DNA of 63,925 nt, the filler included, from Klebsormidium nitens (Eukaryota > Plantae > Klebsormidiophyceae), in the NCBI GenBank assembly GCA_000708835.1. It is 5 parts of 5 records of this genome, joined end to end, with 100 filler letters (N's around TTAATTAATTAA, not from the genome) between each part and the next. Parts side by side here need not be neighbours in the genome. Positions count along the whole stretch, not along the records: positions 43,490 to 61,493 come from DF237962.1; positions 61,594 to 63,925 come from DF238595.1; 3 more parts are not named here. One strand, written 5' to 3'. The number at the start of each line of letters is the position of its first letter. Within the stretch, counting starts at the first letter, position 1. The position numbers and the translations under genes are program-made. The notes below the pieces were generated by a model. That model was not told the origin of the DNA, made no database searches, and saw nothing but the letters and a program-made list of their open reading frames with translations. Below, in pieces: positions 58,512 through 63,925 of the stretch.

Positions 58512-59693
58512 ATGTCTTCATCCGTGTACTGCCCCACCTTGCACACCAGCTACGGCTCGGTCGCACCGCTGTCCCCATTCGGCGAGAAGGTCGGCGTGCA
58601 TAAGACGAATATCTTCAATCTGAAGCCTAGCTACGGCCTCAGCGTCATACGAGACGACACGTACACGACCGGCAACGGCACCGTCACTGGAACTTTGGGG
58701 CAGCCAGAATTCGTCCTGACGGCTCCCGCATCGTCCTCAGCTAGCCTGGTGAGTGCGGAGCGTGGTCGCTATATCGCCGGCTTCTCCGCCGAAGTAGGGA
58801 TCGGGGTGCGGGTGCCACAAGCCCTGACGGGCACTCAGACTTTTCAGTGGGGATACACAGACAGTAGCTTCCAGAACGGCTTCTACTTTCAGATCTCTGC
58901 CTCAGGGCTGTCTGCCAACATCGTGCGCAACGGGGTAGTCAGCAGCATCCCAGCCTCCTCCTTCAATTGCGACCGTCTCGATGGCACCGGCCCCAGTGGC
59001 CAGATCTTGGACATGACCAAAGGCAACATCTGGCACATCGTCTACTCGTGGTATGGTTACGGAGCGGTCAACTTCCAGCTGGTCTGCACCGATACTTTCG
59101 GTAATCAGTTCGTGCAGTCGCTCCACCGTTGGGCGCCGTCCGGTCAGACTTCCACGATGTTTCCGAACCTCAACATAAGTACGTTGCTGAATAACACCGG
59201 AAGCGGCACCATCAATGCCTACGTCGCCGGCCGCCAGTATTCAATATACGGGGAGGAGAGCACGACTCACCGCGTCACCTCCGGTTACAACCAGGTCACC
59301 GTGACTTCGGCGACCTGGAAGCCCATAGTCTCCTTCCGTCGCAAAACCGGTTGGACGCACTGCGGCGTTCGTCTGATCTCCTACGATGCATTCGCGAATC
59401 AGGATGCATACCTGCAGGTGCGGGTGACGTCTACGCTGACGGGAGCGTCCTGGACTACCGTACAAGATTCTCTCGATGCGGAGACCTGCCTGCAGGTCGA
59501 CACGTCCGCGACCGCCATCAGCGGGGGTCTGGTGCTATACACGACCGGCGTGAGCAGCGCAAAGGCCGGCGGATCGACCGACGTGCTCGACATTTACCTC
59601 AACGAGACGGACATCATCACGGTATGCGCAAAGTGCATCACCGGCTTCAGCGGCGCCATCACTGCAGTGCTGCGAATGGAAGAACTGTGGTGA
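58512..59693 (+). CDS. Phage/giant-virus-type structural protein with a DGTGPSG motif (paralog 1)
   Basis: SPFGE...AERGRY...WGY..NGFYF...FNCDRLDGTGPSGQILDMTKGNIWHIVYSWYGYGAVNF. The family is recalled from phage virion proteins; no search was run. Confidence 0.65.
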   Translation: MSSSVYCPTLHTSYGSVAPLSPFGEKVGVHKTNIFNLKPSYGLSVIRDDTYTTGNGTVTGTLGQPEFVLTAPASSSASLVSAERGRYIAGFSAEVGIGVRVPQALTGTQTFQWGYTDSSFQNGFYFQISASGLSANIVRNGVVSSIPASSFNCDRLDGTGPSGQILDMTKGNIWHIVYSWYGYGAVNFQLVCTDTFGNQFVQSLHRWAPSGQTSTMFPNLNISTLLNNTGSGTINAYVAGRQYSIYGEESTTHRVTSGYNQVTVTSATWKPIVSFRRKTGWTHCGVRLISYDAFANQDAYLQVRVTSTLTGASWTTVQDSLDAETCLQVDTSATAISGGLVLYTTGVSSAKAGGSTDVLDIYLNETDIITVCAKCITGFSGAITAVLRMEELW

Positions 59694-59739
59694 GACAGCG
59701 GAGCTTCTTTTTCTCGGGTACACTCAGGAGGGCACACCC

Positions 59740-60957
59740 ATGTCGCTCATTCCGGGAAACGCCACCGTGGTAGGGAATCTGGCCGTGGCGGGCAACATAA
59801 CTTCTTTCACCAATCAAGTTCCGACGGACTCCTGCGGCGACATCCGGACGGTCGAAAAGACCAACATCATCGACCTCAACTCTACCTGCGGCCTCACTCA
59901 GCTGCGCGACGCGGTGACCACGACCGGCACCGGCACTTTGACGGGCACCGCAGGGCAGCCGGAGTTCGTACTGACGCTCACGGGCTCCGGCGACTCCGTA
60001 CTCCTGCAGAGTGCCGAGCGCGGCCGCTTCGTAGCGGGGTACACGTTCGAGGTATGCCTTATCCTGCGCTCCGTCGTCGGTGCCGCCGCCTGGGGGGCGG
60101 GGCAGTATCTCAAGGTCGGCTACTATGATGGCACCAACGGCTTTTACTTCCTCGTCGACTCGACCGGCCTGAACGCGTGCACGATGCGCAACGGCGTGGA
60201 GACCAGGACCAATCAGGCAAACTTCAACGTGGACAAGATGGACGGGACCGGCCCGAGCGGGCTGGTCTTCGGTATGACCACCGGGTGCATGTTTAAGATC
60301 ATCTATGGCTGCTACGGCTACGGGGCGTTGGTCTTTGCTTCTTGCCCGGTCACTTCTGCAGGCGTGCAGTATCTGCAGCACATGCACCGCATGGTCCCCG
60401 GCACGCAGACCTACTCTATGTACCCCAACCTGCCGCTGTCTATCTACGCCACCAACGGCACGACCGCCACGAGCCGCACGTTGTACATCGCCGGTCGTCA
60501 GTATTCCATGATCGGACACTGGCTGCCTCACAAGCGCAACAACGCGGCGTACGTTCTCAACCGCGGAGGGGTCTCCACGACCTTCTTACCCATCATCAGC
60601 CTGCGCCGCAAGAGCAATTACCTCCACTGCCCCGTACGCCTAAAGGGCATCGACGTCCTCTCCACCACCGACTGTCTGATCCAGGTCCGCGTTGCGACGA
60701 CCGTTACCGGCGGCACCTGGACGGATCTACAGGATCAGCCAACCACCGAGAGCGCTCTGCAGTGCAACACGAGTGCGACCGCCGTGTCGGGAGGGATCGT
60801 GATCTACGTGGAGATGCTCCAGGCGGGGCGCATGCTGAACGACAAGGACCAGGTAGAGTTCGACTTTAGGGACAACGACGTGCTTACGTTATGTGCGCGC
60901 ACCTTGACCGGCTTCACGAGCATCAATTCTGTCCTGCGCGTCGGAGAAGGATTCTGA
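59740..60957 (+). CDS. Phage/giant-virus-type structural protein with a DGTGPSG motif (paralog 2)
   Basis: Collinear with paralog 1: KTNIIDL, GQPEFVLT, SAERGRF, NGFYF, DKMDGTGPSG, YGYGA, AGRQYS, SATAVSGG. Confidence 0.65.
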   Translation: MSLIPGNATVVGNLAVAGNITSFTNQVPTDSCGDIRTVEKTNIIDLNSTCGLTQLRDAVTTTGTGTLTGTAGQPEFVLTLTGSGDSVLLQSAERGRFVAGYTFEVCLILRSVVGAAAWGAGQYLKVGYYDGTNGFYFLVDSTGLNACTMRNGVETRTNQANFNVDKMDGTGPSGLVFGMTTGCMFKIIYGCYGYGALVFASCPVTSAGVQYLQHMHRMVPGTQTYSMYPNLPLSIYATNGTTATSRTLYIAGRQYSMIGHWLPHKRNNAAYVLNRGGVSTTFLPIISLRRKSNYLHCPVRLKGIDVLSTTDCLIQVRVATTVTGGTWTDLQDQPTTESALQCNTSATAVSGGIVIYVEMLQAGRMLNDKDQVEFDFRDNDVLTLCARTLTGFTSINSVLRVGEGF

Positions 60958-61315
60958 GTCATCTGTACAAGGGGTCTTTCTTCGACTCCTTTCAGTCAAC
61001 AATCGAAGACGAGGACGGGTCTCATCACCAAGTACTTATTTCTAGAAGATTCATTCGATGCACGGTTTAGGGCCGCTCTCGGCTGAGGTCTCCACTTAGG
61101 GCGGTCGATGGACGGTTTCGGGTCCTTGTTCATCGAGCCGGTGGACCGTCGTCGATTCGGCAGGACCGCGAGGGACGAGATCAGGATCAGCACGCCGCAC
61201 GGTGCCTTCGCCTTCGCCACGTCATCCGTCCGAGCGGTCAAGCTCGGCCACGTGGTCGCTCCAGTTCGGACCCTACTTAAGACGGACGGATCGGATAGAG
61301 ATACTCTCATTCGAC

Positions 61316-61493
61316 ATGGAGCCGGACGCGCAGAAGCGAAAGAGGGAGGAGAAGGAGCCGACCGGCGGGGCGAAGTTCACAAAGACCATCCGGGGGTGGA
61401 GAGCGGACGCTAAGCAGCCGGAATATGCGACGCTGTTGCAAACCCTCACGGATCTCTTCCTGAAGCACGCATTCGTTCCCGACTCGGAGGTAG
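61316..61493 (+). CDS. 5' end of a hypothetical protein with an NLS-like KRKR, truncated by gap
   Basis: MEPDAQKRKREEKEPTGGAKFTKTIRGW...; preceded by TCGACATG, the same start context as tnpA. Confidence 0.45.
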
Positions 61494-61593
61494 NNNNNNN
61501 NNNNNNNNNNNNNNNNNNNNNNNNNNNNNNNNNNNNNTTAATTAATTAANNNNNNNNNNNNNNNNNNNNNNNNNNNNNNNNNNNNNNNNNNNN
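61494..61593. other. Assembly spacer N44-TTAATTAATTAA-N44 (right boundary of virus-like block)
   Basis: Linker at 61538-61549. Confidence 0.95.
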
Positions 61594-62230
61594 GCCGAAA
61601 TCTGGTCCACAAGTTCAGAGGAGGGCTGGAAAGACCTAGAGAATGCTCAGCTTCAAGGAGCCCGCCGCATCTTTGGCAAAAAATCCAACCACTCCACCAT
61701 TTGTGAAGCACTACGCGGGGACCTTGACTGGCTCTCTGTCAAATCACACGTCGCTCTTGCTAAGCTGAAGTATTTTGGGCACATATGCCGCCCGCCCGAC
61801 ACACGACTTGTCAAACGTGTGTTTTTGTATAGGCAATCGCAGTATTTGCATGTCTGCCATGTGTTGAACTTAACCCAAATCAAAGATGATTCTTGGTACT
61901 CCGAAGTATGTGAGCTTAGAACTCACCTCTCTGGGAATGTCTCCCTCAGTATGGACTGCGGCAAAAGTGGCCACTTTGAGCAGACACGAGTGGCAGCACA
62001 AAAATTGACAAGCTTGTTGAATCTGCTGATACGGCTCAACTTTTTGCTGACTTCTCCAGAACACAATCAGGGCTTCACTATGCAACGATAAAAACTCAGC
62101 TTGGACAAGAACCCTATCTTTGGAAATATGATCGCCGTTCAACTACGGTCAAATTCGCTCTTTGCTCTAGTTCTTATGGCCTTCAAACTCGTCTTCATGG
62201 TAAACGGAATCCTCAGAATCTCAAGACCTG
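61594..62230 (+). mobile_element. Degraded 3' region of a LINE ORF2 (post-RT thumb/C-terminal region)
   Basis: EIWS...LENAQLQGARRIFG...CEALRGDLDWLSVKSHVALAKLKYFGHICRPPDTRLVKRVF...SWYSEV is a typical post-RT LINE segment. Confidence 0.7.
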
Positions 62231-62954
62231 CCGCTTATGTTTTGTAGGGGAGAATGAAACAGAGGAACATCACTTGCTTCGGTGCTCCTCGTTCCACGCT
62301 GAACGGGTCGCTTTTTGTGATGCCCTCACGCATCACATGCAAACTTCTTTTCCTCGCGAATACAACGACCTTTTTTTCTGCTGCAGGACCCTTGCAAACG
62401 GCCTTTCTGTTGGGCCGCAGCGAGCCACACTGGTCCGCACAGGCACCCGTCTTAATCGATATGCTCATTCGACCTTACCTTATAGCTCTCGCGGACAAGC
62501 GAAAGCGTCTGGTTACTGAACTGGATGCGCGCTGAGACAACTTCTTCTCTCCTTACTACAGGATGGCCCGTAAGAAGTCTATCACGGAGAAGGCTGACAA
62601 GGCCCCCAAGACTCTACATGACCCGGCAAGTGAGGAGGAGACCGAGGACCTGACTCCCCTCGAGTTCCAAGATGAACCTGCCCCCGAAGTGCCGTGCCGC
62701 CTTTGCTTGAGGACCCAGCGCTTGACGTTAACGACCCCCCCGCCAATGATGCAAGCCTGCCTCTGCACGAGATTCTGGTGGACTCATATGCAGCAAAAGT
62801 GAAGGAGACAATCTCTGGCTGCCAACTCTGCAATTCTTAAGGTTGGTAGTCCTCTCATTATTATTGTCCCTTCTCCTAAATCATCCAGTCTTGGTTCAGT
62901 GGCGAGTCAAGTGCTGGTACTGGCTATCAAAATGCAAGTCTCTCAGTGCTCAGC

Positions 62955-63110
62955 TAGTCAGCAGCGGGTTAGCTAACCCTCAGCAGCGGGTGACCAGCTC
63001 GTCAGCAGCGGGTTAGCAGCTCGTCCGCAGCGGGTTAGCGGCTCGTCAACAGCAGGTTAGCCTTGGTTTGTGGTGGGTTCGGTGCTGCGCGGACGGGTTA
63101 GCAGCTGGTC
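62955..63110. repeat. ~21-bp degenerate tandem repeat (ctcgtcagcagcgggttagca)
   Basis: About 5-6 copies of the gcagcgggttagc core, read directly. Confidence 0.8.
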
Positions 63111-63925
63111 TGAAGTGGTTTACGTCTGAGGTGGGTTTAGCGGCTAGCCCTAAGCAAACCAAGCAGCCTGCACTAAGTTATGTGCCGTCATACAAAGTCG
63201 GGTTGCCCCTGAATTGCAGCAGCATGTTAACGGCCATTTTGCCGCTCAAGTTAGCTCCCGAGTCACTTGCAATTAAGCCCCGGTTTGTGGCCAGCACGAT
63301 AGCTACGGGTTAGGGACAAGTCATGCACGATCACAAGCGCCTGGCATAATCTGGTTGTGACATGTTTGTCAATTGCTGGTTCTGAATCCGCCCACAAACT
63401 TGTCTCGATCCCCGCGTGCAGGAATCTGGTGGTATGTTGACCCTCCCCCTCAAGGGGAGTGCAAGCCGTGGTGCACAAGCCAAAGCAGCCATCGACGCTG
63501 CCGCTCTGTCGAAGGCTTTGACGGCCGCCAAGAAGAAAAGCGAGAAGGCGGAGAAGCAGGCGCAAATTCTAAAGACCGAGTGTCTCGCCTCCGCCAAGGC
63601 GTCCGGGAAAGTCGCCATTGTTCGCAAGCCCCCGGGCCTGTCCCTCCTCGAGCCTGAGGCGCAGCCGTTGCTCTCACCGCAGTCCATTGCATTTGCAGTA
63701 CGTAGCGAGTGCCAGCCCCTCCTGGCCGAGGTTTGCGCTACGGCCCTCCGCCAGGCGCCCCATCCTCAAATAGACATTGGAGGGCTGTTGGTGGCGCTAG
63801 TCGCGCGTCTTCAGTCGGGTCAGGTCCTTGGCAGCATCCTCACGTCCACCCAGCACATCGTCTCAGAGCTAGAGCGTGTGGTCACTGTCATAGACGCCCC
63901 TGCCCCTATGTAATGAACGGGCTTT

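Larger units (their letters stand above)
43490..61493. mobile_element. Putative endogenous giant-virus (NCLDV-like) segment
   Basis: Dense, intronless ORFs with short intergenic spacers: ThyX, IS607/Fanzor2, OTU, aquaporin, fibre and phage-like structural proteins. This contrasts with the intron-rich host genes. No MCP, PolB, A32 or D5 marker is in the window. Confidence 0.72.

Noticed and set aside
62563-63913. Host or TE gene with acidic and Ala/Lys-rich ORFs
   Set aside because: No recognisable domain or consistent exon chain could be built.

Overview
Eukaryotic, intron-rich genomic DNA. It most resembles a streptophyte green alga such as Klebsormidium; this is inferred from plant-like importin-11, MUR4-like epimerase, Spinster and EID1-like genes. 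The window is joined by four identical 100-bp N44-TTAATTAATTAA-N44 spacer gaps (14607-14706, 27535-27634, 43390-43489, 61494-61593), so adjacency across them is unproven. Bases 1-43.4 kb are host-like: importin-11, UDP-arabinose 4-epimerase, a degraded LINE, a Spinster MFS transporter, DNA-transposon debris and an EID1-like F-box gene with a stop codon. Bases 43.5-61.5 kb are a dense, intronless block that looks like an endogenous giant-virus (NCLDV-like) segment: ThyX, an LRR-like protein, a membrane protein, a tectonin-like lectin, an aquaporin with non-canonical NPA motifs, tandem OTU deubiquitinase genes, a fibre-like protein and two phage-like structural paralogs. A host-like repeat patch interrupts it at about 44.8-47.1 kb. 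No NCLDV core marker gene is present, so the viral call is an inference. The most striking feature is an apparently intact IS607 element: a TnpA serine recombinase plus a Fanzor2-type TnpB nuclease. The nuclease N-terminus, including an NLS-like motif, is overprinted on tnpA. It is followed by a structured omegaRNA-like 3' region whose right junction can be placed at a GG dinucleotide from homology to a neighbouring paralog.
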